A stretch of 48,402 bases of DNA. Origin: Candidatus Saccharimonadota bacterium (GTDB lineage: Bacteria; Patescibacteriota; Saccharimonadia; Saccharimonadales; JACOTW01). This document shows positions 25,209 to 34,230 of the stretch, piece after piece (positions within the stretch are counted from its first letter, which is position 1; each line of letters begins with the position of its first letter). A program made the position numbers and the translations under genes. The notes beneath the pieces were generated by a model. That model had not been told where the DNA came from and made no database searches. It saw nothing but the letters and a program-made list of their open reading frames with translations. The DNA is taken from positions 66,472-114,873 of the forward strand of contig JACOTW010000003.1 of assembly GCA_016178135.1 (NCBI GenBank), given 5' to 3'.

Positions 25209-25238
25209 CAATGACTAAGTGCAAAACTCGTGTAAACT
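25209..25238 (+). promoter_or_regulatory. Motif C plus TAAACT, 6 nt before ATG 25245
   Basis: CAATGACTAAGTGCAAAACTCGTG-TAAACT-aaaaat-ATG. Confidence 0.4.
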
Positions 25239-25244
25239 AAAAAT

Positions 25245-26210
25245 ATGCAGAAAAAACGCACTGGTTCGTTAATAGCCAGTTTTGTGATTGTGGCGGTATT
25301 TTTGGGCGGTGTATGGCAGCGTCAGGTGGTTTTTGATTGGTTCAGGTTGCGTAATTACACCCCATCGGCTGAAATTATCGCATTGGGCGATCGTACCACA
25401 ATGAGTAACAACACGCGCCGTTTATTTTATGTCTATCACCCGGAATTAAACGATAAAGCAACATTTAATGATCATTGCACAGGTGGCGAACAAACCATTG
25501 TTCTGGGCTGCTATATACATAATCGAGGCATATACATCTACAATGTTACCGATGTTCGGCTTAATGGTATTTTAGAAGTTACAGCAGCACACGAAACATT
25601 GCACGCCACTTACGATCGCCTAAGCAGTAGCGAACGGCAACGCATTGACGGTTTTTTGAATCAAGCTTTTGCTGGCATAAAAGATGAACGTATCCTAAAA
25701 ACGATTGAATCATATCGCAAAAATGGCGCTGACATAGTTAATGAATTACATTCAATTCTAGGTACTGAAGTTCGGAATTTGTCACCAGAACTCGAAAATT
25801 ATTACAAACAATATTTTAATGATCGGTCTAAAATCGTAGCTTATTCTGAACAATATGAACAGGCGTTTACTGAACGTAAAACCAAGGTAGAAGATTACGA
25901 CAAGCAACTTGCTAACTTAAAACAGCAAGCTGAAGCTAATCAAAGTTCACTTAATATCCAGGTTAATGCTCTGAATACCGAAAAGCAACAACTGGATCGC
26001 TTATTGGCACAAAAGCAATACGACGCCTACAACCAGGCCGTACCTGATTACAACATAAAAATAAAAGACTACAACGCCCTAGTTAATCAAACAAAAGCAC
26101 TGATTACTCAATATAATTTCTTAGTTGAGGCTCGTAACGCTTTAGCGCTGGAAGAAAACCAACTATACAAAGCAATCGACAGCCGCCCCAACACACTCCA
26201 GATTCAGTAA
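25245..26210 (+). CDS. Hypothetical membrane-anchored protein with HExxH motif and C-terminal coiled coil
   Basis: N-terminal TM helix LIASFVIVAVFLGGVW, AAHETLHATYD, and a Q/N/K-rich heptad C-terminus. No family recognised. Confidence 0.65.
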   Translation: MQKKRTGSLIASFVIVAVFLGGVWQRQVVFDWFRLRNYTPSAEIIALGDRTTMSNNTRRLFYVYHPELNDKATFNDHCTGGEQTIVLGCYIHNRGIYIYNVTDVRLNGILEVTAAHETLHATYDRLSSSERQRIDGFLNQAFAGIKDERILKTIESYRKNGADIVNELHSILGTEVRNLSPELENYYKQYFNDRSKIVAYSEQYEQAFTERKTKVEDYDKQLANLKQQAEANQSSLNIQVNALNTEKQQLDRLLAQKQYDAYNQAVPDYNIKIKDYNALVNQTKALITQYNFLVEARNALALEENQLYKAIDSRPNTLQIQ

Positions 26211-26245
26211 CCCAAAATCCACAGATTGAATCAGTTCGAGCGAAA

Positions 26246-26303
26246 AACAGTTTTCGCTCGAGATAATTCACTCTGGGAACGGACGATTTTGCGACAGGTC
26301 CAG
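26246..26303 (-). repeat. Family-B end, variant 2; right arm of the 58-bp perfect inverted repeat
   Basis: See 24930-24987. It is preceded by the local palindrome TTCGAGCGAAAA-acag-TTTTCGCTCGAG. Confidence 0.95.
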
Positions 26304-26328
26304 TCTAGTAGATGCTACACTTGGTATT

Positions 26329-27672
26329 ATGACAAAAAGAGGGGTTCAGTTTGTTTGTAGCAGTTGCGGAGCAGTTAGTGCTTCGTGGAGCGGACGGTGT
26401 TTTAGCTGCGGGGAATGGAATACACTACAGGAGCAGTTAGATGTTACCCAAAATGCCATAACAAAAGATGGCCGTGTTTTATCAACACAGTCAGTCGGCG
26501 CCTCTATAACCAAAGATTTACCGCGTCTAAAAAGCGGGATACAAGAAGTAGACAACGTTCTGGGCGGTGGATTTGTGGCCGGTAGTGTTAATTTGATTGC
26601 CGGACAACCAGGAATTGGCAAGAGTACACTATTGTTACAGCTGGCCTACACGTTATCTGACAACCAGTCAATTTTATATGTTAGTGGCGAAGAATCAGAG
26701 CACCAGATAGGCTTGCGTGCCGAACGGCTTGGTACGAAAAGTCAAAAATTACAACTAGCAACTAGTACGGTGGCAGACGATATCGCGGCGACTATTGCTG
26801 GGGGCAAATATCAACTGGTTATTGTTGATTCAATTCAGACTGTTGCTTGTTCAGCTATTGCGTCAGCCGCTGGAACAGTTAGTCAGATCACCAATAGTAC
26901 TCAACTATTGACCGCGGCGGCCAAAAAAACCAATACGGCACTGATTTTGGTCGGTCATGTTACCAAGGAAGGTGCAATTGCCGGACCGAAAGTGCTTGAG
27001 CATCTAGTTGATGTGGTTTTACAACTGGAAGGTGACAGGTACGGTGGCTTTAAGGTACTTAGAGCTATCAAAAATCGCTATGGATCTACCAATGAAGCTG
27101 GTATTTTTGAGATGACTGATAATGGCTTGCAGCCAGTTGCGAATCCATCGGCTGCTTTGTTGGCCGAACGGCAAATAACCGATGGTTCTGTGATTCTAGC
27201 TACACTTGAAGGCACTAGGCCACTTTTAGTAGAGGTGCAGGCACTGGTAAATAGGACCTCCTATGGCTATCCCAAGCGTGCCGCCAGTGGTTTTGATCTA
27301 AACAGGCTAAATCTATTGGTGGCCATGCTGGAAAAGCGCACAAAACTAAACTTAGCCGACCAAGATATTTACATCAATATAGTTGGTGGACTTCGCTTGA
27401 CCGAACCGGCAGCCGATCTGGCTATTTGTATGGCTATCGCATCGGCCAGTAAAGGTATGCAACTCAAGAAAAACGCTGTTGTGTTCGGTGAGGTCGGTTT
27501 GTCTGGTGAAGTTCGCCATGTACCGCACGTTGATAAACGCGTGGCGGAGGCCAAAAAACTTGGTTTTGATGGCGCCATTGGCCCAATAATTAAAACAGGC
27601 AAAAAGCCGGCTCTGTATAGCGGGGTGCAGGATGTTCGCTCGGCGCTAAATACTTTCCTAGAAAAAGATTAA
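26329..27672 (+). CDS. radA: DNA repair protein RadA
   Basis: Zinc finger CSSCG...CFSCGEWNT, Walker A GQPGIGKST, KNRYG motif, Lon-like C-terminal domain. Confidence 0.92.
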   Translation: MTKRGVQFVCSSCGAVSASWSGRCFSCGEWNTLQEQLDVTQNAITKDGRVLSTQSVGASITKDLPRLKSGIQEVDNVLGGGFVAGSVNLIAGQPGIGKSTLLLQLAYTLSDNQSILYVSGEESEHQIGLRAERLGTKSQKLQLATSTVADDIAATIAGGKYQLVIVDSIQTVACSAIASAAGTVSQITNSTQLLTAAAKKTNTALILVGHVTKEGAIAGPKVLEHLVDVVLQLEGDRYGGFKVLRAIKNRYGSTNEAGIFEMTDNGLQPVANPSAALLAERQITDGSVILATLEGTRPLLVEVQALVNRTSYGYPKRAASGFDLNRLNLLVAMLEKRTKLNLADQDIYINIVGGLRLTEPAADLAICMAIASASKGMQLKKNAVVFGEVGLSGEVRHVPHVDKRVAEAKKLGFDGAIGPIIKTGKKPALYSGVQDVRSALNTFLEKD

Positions 27673-27735
27673 CAATCATAAGTTTAGAGTAAATCCGGTA
27701 AAGCTAGCTATAACCTATGTTGAGCGAGTAGTAGA

Positions 27736-27813
27736 CTGGACTTGTCGCAAAGCTCCCCCATCCTCAACTCGAGCTGATTTGGCTAAGAACGGGCGATTTT
27801 GCGACAGGTGCAG
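27736..27813 (+). mobile_element. Family-B miniature derivative (78 bp) with 4-bp direct duplication TAGA
   Basis: Both TIRs are present, and the internal region is deleted relative to 37169-37328. TAGA occurs at 27732-27735 and 27814-27817. Confidence 0.8.
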
Positions 27814-27818
27814 TAGAA

Positions 27819-27847
27819 TTGACAATTATAGTGTTTGTCGGTAAGCT
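27819..27847 (+). promoter_or_regulatory. nusA promoter candidate (TTGACA-17-TAAGCT)
   Basis: Canonical -35 at the correct spacing from a weak -10. Confidence 0.3.
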
Positions 27848-27860
27848 ATATTATGTTCTG

Positions 27861-27885
27861 TCCGGCCAAAGTGGTCGGATTTTTT
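27861..27885 (+). terminator. Hairpin plus T-tract in the nusA leader (intrinsic terminator/attenuator-like)
   Basis: TCCGGCC-aaagt-GGTCGGA followed by TTTTTT. It lies 57 nt upstream of the nusA ATG. Confidence 0.4.
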
Positions 27886-27941
27886 CGTAAGTAGGGGTCA
27901 TGAATAATAAATTAAAATTGTAAATTGGAGTGAAATAACCC

Positions 27942-29099
27942 ATGGATTTAGACTTTAAACAACTGGCTGTTGCCATAAAGGCCATCGCCGAAGAAAAGAA
28001 TTTACCAGAAGAAGTTGTACAAGAAGTAGTAGAACAGGCGTTGGCTGCTGCCTATCGGCGTGATTATGGCGACCGCGAACAAGAAGTACGGGTTGGTATG
28101 AACCTTAATACCGGTGATATTGACGTTTATGTGACCAAGGAAGTGGTTGATAAGGTTCATGATCCATTAATTCAAATTAGTGCCAAAGACGCTGGCGTCA
28201 TGAAAAAAACAGCCAAAGTTGGTGATTTCATTGAAGTCCATGAAAATGTTGAAGATTTTGGCCGAGTAGCTGCCCAGACCGCTAAACAAGTGATTTTGCA
28301 GCGTTTGCGTGAAGCTGAAAGAGACATAATTATGAATGAATACGAAGACAAAATCGGCACCGTTATTAATGGAATTGTTTCTAGGGTTGAGGGTAATATT
28401 GTTCGTGTAGATATTGGAAAAGCTCAAGGTATCATGCCTCGTAGCGAGCAAATTCAAGGTGAAAGATATTATCCAGGCCAGCGGCTTAAAGTTTTTCTAA
28501 AGGACGTTGAGCGTGGCTTTAGAGGACCGCAACTGGTGGTTTCTCGTGGTAATACGCAGTTTATTGAGTGGCTATTCAGGGCTGAAGTACCAGAGATGGA
28601 AAACGGCGCCGTTGAGATCAAAGATATCGCTCGCGAAGCCGGTGTGCGTAGCAAGATTGCTGTGGCCAGCACCGTACAGGGCGTTGATCCGGTCGGCACT
28701 TTTGTGGGTGGCCATGGTACTCGCGTTAACGCTGTTATGGGCGAGATTGGTGAGCAGGAAAAGATTGATATCATCGTTTGGAGCAGCAATAGTATTGAAT
28801 ATATTACTAATTCGCTTAGCCCAACAAAAGTCGTAGCGGTTACGTTAGATGAAAAGAATAAAAAAGCCAGAGTCGTTGTGCCCGAGGATCAATTGAGTAT
28901 TGCTATTGGCAAAAGTGGCCAAAATGTTCGACTAGCTAGCAAGCTTGCTGGCTACGATATTGATATAGTCGCGGAAACTGCCGTGATAGCCGAAACGGTG
29001 ATTGAGAGTAAAAAACCAACTCAAAAGCTCAAGAAAAAAGAACAACTTGAAAGCTCTTTACTGGACGCAATTGAAGAGCACGGCGTGGAGAATGAATAG
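27942..29099 (+). CDS. nusA: Transcription termination/antitermination factor NusA
   Basis: N-terminal domain, S1 (GIVSRVEGNIVRVDIG) and two KH domains (GQNVRLASKL). Confidence 0.92.
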   Translation: MDLDFKQLAVAIKAIAEEKNLPEEVVQEVVEQALAAAYRRDYGDREQEVRVGMNLNTGDIDVYVTKEVVDKVHDPLIQISAKDAGVMKKTAKVGDFIEVHENVEDFGRVAAQTAKQVILQRLREAERDIIMNEYEDKIGTVINGIVSRVEGNIVRVDIGKAQGIMPRSEQIQGERYYPGQRLKVFLKDVERGFRGPQLVVSRGNTQFIEWLFRAEVPEMENGAVEIKDIAREAGVRSKIAVASTVQGVDPVGTFVGGHGTRVNAVMGEIGEQEKIDIIVWSSNSIEYITNSLSPTKVVAVTLDEKNKKARVVVPEDQLSIAIGKSGQNVRLASKLAGYDIDIVAETAVIAETVIESKKPTQKLKKKEQLESSLLDAIEEHGVENE

Positions 29100-29104
29100 A
29101 TAGG

Positions 29105-29131
29105 CTGGCACTCTTGACCTGTGAGTGCTAA
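29105..29131. promoter_or_regulatory. CIRCE-like inverted repeat overlapping the clpC promoter
   Basis: CTGGCACTC-ttgacctgt-GAGTGCTAA versus consensus TTAGCACTC-N9-GAGTGCTAA. TTGACC in the spacer lies 16 nt before TATTAT (29136-29141). Confidence 0.6.
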
Positions 29132-29188
29132 GTGGTATTATGGATTTAGCGATATTTTAAGATCATCGTTAAGGAGTAATCATAATTT

Positions 29189-31669
29189 ATGATGCCAAAT
29201 TCACCAGATTTCCAGGATTTTTTGAATCATTTCACTAATAACGCGGTTAATAGCCTAAAACATGCCGATGCCATTGCTAGAAGTTTCGGCAGTGCGTATG
29301 TGGGTACCGAGCATTTATTGCTAGGAGTTCTAGCCCAAGATAGTAGTATGGGTGCTAAAATCCTTGAAGGTGCTGGCGTAACGCTTGATCGCGCGCGACT
29401 GGTGCTTAATCTGGCGCCAAAGACATTGGTTATAAATATGGGCGCCAAAGGCTTGAGTGAAACGGCCAAACTAACACTCAAAATGGCTCAAGACGTCGCT
29501 CAGGACTTTAGTCAAGACTATACCGGCACGGAGCACATTCTTTACAGTATTTTGTCGCAAAAGAATGCTCGTGCCACACAACTATTACGCGACATGAGTG
29601 TTGACGTCGATGGATTAATTAATGAACTAGAGAATTTTTTAAACCGACAGCAATACGGAGAAGAAAACGGGCGAGTAACAGAGGGTCGTCGTTTAGATAA
29701 GCGCCCAAAGAAAACGGCTTTAGATTTTTTTGGCACCGATCTAACAAATATGGCACGTCAAGGTAAGTTGGATCCGGTCGTTGGTCGTGAATCTCAAATA
29801 CGGCGAGTAATTACGATTTTAAATCGTCGAACAAAAAATAATCCGGTACTGATTGGCGAGCCTGGCGTTGGCAAAACGGCTATCGTAGAAGGTTTAGCTC
29901 AACGAATTATTGCTGAAGACGTTCCAGATAGCCTGATTGATAAACGTCTTGTTATGCTTGATTTGGCAGGTATGATTGCTGGCACGAAATATCGAGGAGA
30001 ATTCGAAGAACGACTCAAAAAAGTCATGACAGAACTAGAACGCGACAATAAAACGATTATATTTATTGATGAACTGCACTTGATAGTTGGTGCCGGAGCG
30101 GCTGAAGGCGCGATGGATGCAGGCAGTATACTAAAGCCCGCGCTAGCTCGAGGCAAGATTCAGCTAATTGGTGCCACAACCACAACGGAATACACCAAAC
30201 ATATAGAAAAAGATGCTGCACTGGAGCGTCGATTCCAGACGATTCAGGTGCCAGAAAGTACCACGGCTGAAACCCTATCTATATTAAAAGGTTTACGCAA
30301 ACATTATGAAGCGTTTCATGGCGTAAAAATAACAGACGAAGTGCTTGATGATACGGTTACGCTGGCCAAACGGTATATAAATGATCGATTTATGCCGGAT
30401 AAAGCCATTGATTTGCTTGACGAAACTGCCGCGCATTTGCGTGTCGATAAAGGTAAAACACCACCAGAAATACGTGCACTTCAAAAAGAACTTAAACTTG
30501 TTAATACTCGTATTGATGAAGCGGTTGACACGGAGGACTACGAAAAAGCCGCCAAGTATAAACAGCGTGCTTCTCAAGTTAGCGAAGAGCTCAAGAAATT
30601 ACAAAGCAAAGGCAAGTTAGCAAGTAATATAACGGTAACTGGCGAAGACGTAGCAGAGGTTGTTGCGCGGATGACAGGAGTACCTGTTACTAAAGTGATT
30701 CGTTCAGAAGCCAGATATTTATTGAATCTTGAAAAGACTCTTGGCAAATATGTAATTGGTCAGGATGAAGCGGTTGAAGCCGTCGCAAAGGCCGTTAGAC
30801 GCAATCGTGTCGGTGTTGGTAGTAGCCAGCGGCCGATCGGTTCATTTGTCTTTTTGGGCCCGACTGGGGTTGGCAAAACAGAACTGGCTCGGGTTTTGGC
30901 CCGTGAATTTTTTGGTAGCGCAAATGCGTTGGTCAAGATTGACATGAGCGAATTTAGTGAACGTCACACATCAGCAAGATTAGTTGGTGCTCCGGCGGGT
31001 TACGTTGGCTATGACGAAGGCGGCCAATTAACTGATAAAATTCGCCGTCAACCATACAGTTTGGTGCTTTTTGATGAAATCGAAAAAGCTCATCCAGAAA
31101 TTTTTAACATGCTTCTTCAGATACTAGAAGATGGCGTTCTGACCGACGCTAAAGGTCGAAAGATTGACTTCACCAATACTATAATTATTATGACTAGCAA
31201 TATTGGTGCCGAAAAGCTTCAAAAAGAAGCCTCTCTAGGCTTTCAGGCTATCGAACCACGCGAGCTTAGGGATCTCGATTCATTACATCAGAAAAATAAA
31301 GACAAGGTACATGATGAACTAAGAAAAATGATGCGTCCCGAGCTGTTAAACCGTATTGATAAGACTATTGTTTTTCGGGCATTAACTAAAAAAGATGTCC
31401 TGAAAATTCTTGATCTTCAGATTGAAGAATTACGTCAGCGACTAGTCAAACATGGTCTGGGACTTGAAGTTACTGCTCGTGCCAAGCAAAATCTACTTGA
31501 TCAAGGCTATGACGCTCATAACGGTGTTCGTCCGATGAGACGACTCCTCCAAGATACCATCGAGGATTATGTAGCTATGTCGCTTTTGGATAGCTCGCAT
31601 GAAAAGGGTTTTGTTGTACGCGTTGGCGCAAAAGAAAACAAACTGACGTATGTATTAGCTGGCGAATAA
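29189..31669 (+). CDS. clpC: ATP-dependent Clp protease ATP-binding subunit ClpC
   Basis: Two Clp_N repeats, two AAA+ modules ([18 protein letters not shown]) and a short UVR-like middle region. Confidence 0.9.
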   Translation: MMPNSPDFQDFLNHFTNNAVNSLKHADAIARSFGSAYVGTEHLLLGVLAQDSSMGAKILEGAGVTLDRARLVLNLAPKTLVINMGAKGLSETAKLTLKMAQDVAQDFSQDYTGTEHILYSILSQKNARATQLLRDMSVDVDGLINELENFLNRQQYGEENGRVTEGRRLDKRPKKTALDFFGTDLTNMARQGKLDPVVGRESQIRRVITILNRRTKNNPVLIGEPGVGKTAIVEGLAQRIIAEDVPDSLIDKRLVMLDLAGMIAGTKYRGEFEERLKKVMTELERDNKTIIFIDELHLIVGAGAAEGAMDAGSILKPALARGKIQLIGATTTTEYTKHIEKDAALERRFQTIQVPESTTAETLSILKGLRKHYEAFHGVKITDEVLDDTVTLAKRYINDRFMPDKAIDLLDETAAHLRVDKGKTPPEIRALQKELKLVNTRIDEAVDTEDYEKAAKYKQRASQVSEELKKLQSKGKLASNITVTGEDVAEVVARMTGVPVTKVIRSEARYLLNLEKTLGKYVIGQDEAVEAVAKAVRRNRVGVGSSQRPIGSFVFLGPTGVGKTELARVLAREFFGSANALVKIDMSEFSERHTSARLVGAPAGYVGYDEGGQLTDKIRRQPYSLVLFDEIEKAHPEIFNMLLQILEDGVLTDAKGRKIDFTNTIIIMTSNIGAEKLQKEASLGFQAIEPRELRDLDSLHQKNKDKVHDELRKMMRPELLNRIDKTIVFRALTKKDVLKILDLQIEELRQRLVKHGLGLEVTARAKQNLLDQGYDAHNGVRPMRRLLQDTIEDYVAMSLLDSSHEKGFVVRVGAKENKLTYVLAGE

Positions 31670-31670
31670 A

Positions 31671-31726
31671 CTGGAATTGTCGCAAAATCGCCCGTTCCCA
31701 GAGTGAATTATCTCGAGCGAAAACTG
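31671..31726 (+). repeat. Family-B end, variant 2 (solo half)
   Basis: CTGGAATTGTCGCAAAATCGCCCGTTCCCAGAGTGAATTATCTCGAGCGAAAACTG, close to 24930-24985. Confidence 0.85.
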
Positions 31727-31745
31727 ATTGGTCTTGGCTCGGTTT

Positions 31746-32036
31746 TTAGAAAAAGAAAAAGGGTGGTGAAACTAGGCCTTTGAGTAGCCAGGTTCCTAAC
31801 GCCACTCCCAAAGTGTCAAAAACAATATCTGATAAGGAATTGTTGATAGATTCATAGCCAAAAACTATATTTACCTTGGCTAGTAATGGCGATAATACGA
31901 AGATTTCCAGCGGTTCCCATAATACTAGTAGGCTTAGGGCTATAAAGGGTGGCATGATCCAGCCAGCAACTATCCCTGAACTAAAATGAATAATACTCCA
32001 GACATCGAATAGTTTGCCGTTACGTTTTCCGTGCAT
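31746..32036 (-). CDS. Hypothetical small membrane protein (3 predicted TM helices)
   Basis: Hydrophobic segments. Preceded by motif C, TAATAT and a 6-nt spacer. Confidence 0.55.
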   Translation of the reverse strand: MHGKRNGKLFDVWSIIHFSSGIVAGWIMPPFIALSLLVLWEPLEIFVLSPLLAKVNIVFGYESINNSLSDIVFDTLGVALGTWLLKGLVSPPFFFF

Positions 32037-32042
32037 ATGCTT

Positions 32043-32072
32043 ATATTACACGAGTTTCGCGCTTTTCCATTG
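32043..32072 (-). promoter_or_regulatory. Motif C plus TAATAT, 6 nt before ATG 32036
   Basis: Minus strand: CAATGGAAAAGCGCGAAACTCGTG-TAATAT-aagcat-ATG. Confidence 0.45.
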
Positions 32073-32194
32073 TGCCTTGGTCACACCTGAACGGCTGCAA
32101 ACCGTCTATCTCGTGTCAGGCACGAGTTTCGGACTTAGCCGTCGATGCCAGGTTGCACCAAACCGAGCGAAAATAGTTTTATCTGGCGGAGAGA

Positions 32195-32361
32195 TATAGC
32201 CCCCGCAAAACAAATTCCCGACTTTTCGAATCACCCTCTTTGGCCCAAAACCGCCTTTCCTCGTTCAACGTATCTAAGGATATGTCTCTCTCAGAAAAGT
32301 CAGTTTTTGGCTCAAAGATCATTGCTTCAAAAACCCACGAATTTGTTTTGCGGGGACTATA
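32195..32361 (+). repeat. Family-A repeat copy 6 (A1), complete, 167 bp
   Basis: TATAGCCCCCGCAAAACAAATTC ... GAATTTGTTTTGCGGGGACTATA. Confidence 0.95.
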
Positions 32362-32409
32362 CCTATTATGTAGGGGTTAGCCGAAGTTGATGATACAATT
32401 TAATTAACT

Positions 32410-33717
32410 ATGACATTATCTACTCAACCATACAAAGGGGCACGAGATTTTTATCCGGAAGACAAACGTATACAGAAGTATATGTTTGGTGTTATGCGAA
32501 ATGTGGCGGAGCGATTTGGTTACGAAGAATATGACGCGCCGATATTGGAACCGTTGGAGATTTTTACCGCTAAAACCAGCGATGAAATTGTTGGAGAACA
32601 GACCTACTCATTTGAGGATCGTGGTGGACGAAAGGTTGTCATTCGACCGGAAATGACCCCTTCAGTTTCGCGTATGGTGGCCGGCAGGCGTCAGGAGCTT
32701 ACTTACCCACTTAGGTGGTATTCTATTCCGAATCTATGGCGTTATGAACGCCCCCAGCGGGGAAGATTACGAGAACACTGGCAACTTAATGTTGATTTAT
32801 TTGGCATAGATGGAATCGAGGCCGAACATGAAATATTGTTGGTAGCTGATGGCATTATGCAGGCTTTGGGTGCCACTAAAGATATGTATACCATCAAATT
32901 GAATAGCCGTAAGCTAATGAATGGTTTAATGCGTGATTATTTACAGCTAGATGAAGCCCAAGCCCATAAACTTAGTAGGCTAATTGATCGAATGCACAAA
33001 ACAGATCACGCCGAATTTGTCGACCAAGTTGGTGCCATTTTTACGCCCAACCAACACGAAAAAGGCTTGGACAAGGCATTATTAAGCTTGTTAAAAACTT
33101 CGAATTGGGATGAGGTGTCGCTTGATGCCTCAAGCAGTGAAGCACTCAAAAAGATTAAACAATTAATAAATATGTTAGAGACTTCTGGTATTACTAATGT
33201 GGTTTTTGACCCGACTATCATGAGGGGATTTGACTACTATACCGACGTAGTTTTTGAAGTTTTTGATAATAATCCGAAGAATAATCGTTCAATGTTTGGC
33301 GGTGGTCGTTATGATGGACTGGTAGGCCTATTTGGCGTGAAGCCCGTTCCAACGATTGGTTTCGGTATGGGCGATGTAACATTGCAGAATTTTCTAGAGG
33401 ATCACGGTTTAATACCAGAACCAAATACAGAAACAGACATTTACGCGGTGTTGATAGGTGATGTTTATGATAGAGCGCAGAACGCAATTTCTTCATTGCG
33501 TGGCCTAGGGATTAACGTAACGGTTGATAGCACGGGGCGCAAGCCGGAAAAACAAATCAGAGTTGCCTTAAAAAAACAGGTTAATTATGTGTTGTTTATA
33601 GGCGAGTCAGAGCTTAATGATGGGCGATTTACGCTTAAAAACCTTTATTCCGGCGAAGAAGCGCGTTATGATATCCAAAAGATCGCAAGTATTGTCAAAG
33701 ATTATAAAAAGACCTGA
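32410..33717 (+). CDS. hisS: Histidine--tRNA ligase
   Basis: Class II motifs (GARDFYP, RPEMT, WYSIPNLWRYERPQRGR, GGGRYD) and an anticodon-binding domain. Confidence 0.92.
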   Translation: MTLSTQPYKGARDFYPEDKRIQKYMFGVMRNVAERFGYEEYDAPILEPLEIFTAKTSDEIVGEQTYSFEDRGGRKVVIRPEMTPSVSRMVAGRRQELTYPLRWYSIPNLWRYERPQRGRLREHWQLNVDLFGIDGIEAEHEILLVADGIMQALGATKDMYTIKLNSRKLMNGLMRDYLQLDEAQAHKLSRLIDRMHKTDHAEFVDQVGAIFTPNQHEKGLDKALLSLLKTSNWDEVSLDASSSEALKKIKQLINMLETSGITNVVFDPTIMRGFDYYTDVVFEVFDNNPKNNRSMFGGGRYDGLVGLFGVKPVPTIGFGMGDVTLQNFLEDHGLIPEPNTETDIYAVLIGDVYDRAQNAISSLRGLGINVTVDSTGRKPEKQIRVALKKQVNYVLFIGESELNDGRFTLKNLYSGEEARYDIQKIASIVKDYKKT

Positions 33718-34179
33718 ATGACCGCCACGAATCACGCTTTAACCGGATCTTTGATTGGTCTGAGTGTCATCAATCCTTTTGTAGCGTTGCCCTTGGCATT
33801 TTTGTCGCATTTTGTTCTTGACGCGTTGCCCCATTTTGGCAATAAGACGCTAGAAATGAACAGCTCGGAATTTACACTGATGTTAATGGTAGATGCTTGG
33901 TTTTGTCTTCTACTTGTCTGTGTTCTGTTAATATTGCAACCTAGCGGCTGGCTAGTTGTTATAGCGTCAGCTTTTTTGGCAACATTGCCTGATTTTATGT
34001 GGTTTCCTAAATATTGGCGCGCCATAAAACATCGACCCAAACGCGCCTACAAGAATATGTTTGTACGTTTCCATGCCAATATCCAGTGGTCAGAGACACC
34101 CAAAGGAGCCTATGTCGAAATCGCCTGGGCACTAATAGTGGCGACCTTATTAATGCGTGGTTTGGGGCAAGCAATCTGA
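33718..34179 (+). CDS. Membrane protein, YdjM/DUF457-like metal-dependent hydrolase (tentative)
   Basis: NHALTG..., SHFVLDALPH and several TM helices. The start abuts the hisS stop. Confidence 0.45.
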   Translation: MTATNHALTGSLIGLSVINPFVALPLAFLSHFVLDALPHFGNKTLEMNSSEFTLMLMVDAWFCLLLVCVLLILQPSGWLVVIASAFLATLPDFMWFPKYWRAIKHRPKRAYKNMFVRFHANIQWSETPKGAYVEIAWALIVATLLMRGLGQAI

Positions 34180-34230
34180 AGTATCTACACTTTTTGCATC
34201 AGTTTAGGTAATCTGTTAGACTACATCCCT

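Noticed and set aside
29552-29563. TTGTCGCAAAAG inside clpC, which resembles the family-B TIR core.
   Set aside because: It is only a 12-nt match with no adjoining repeat sequence. It encodes a conserved part of the Clp_N domain (ILSQKN), so it is consistent with chance.
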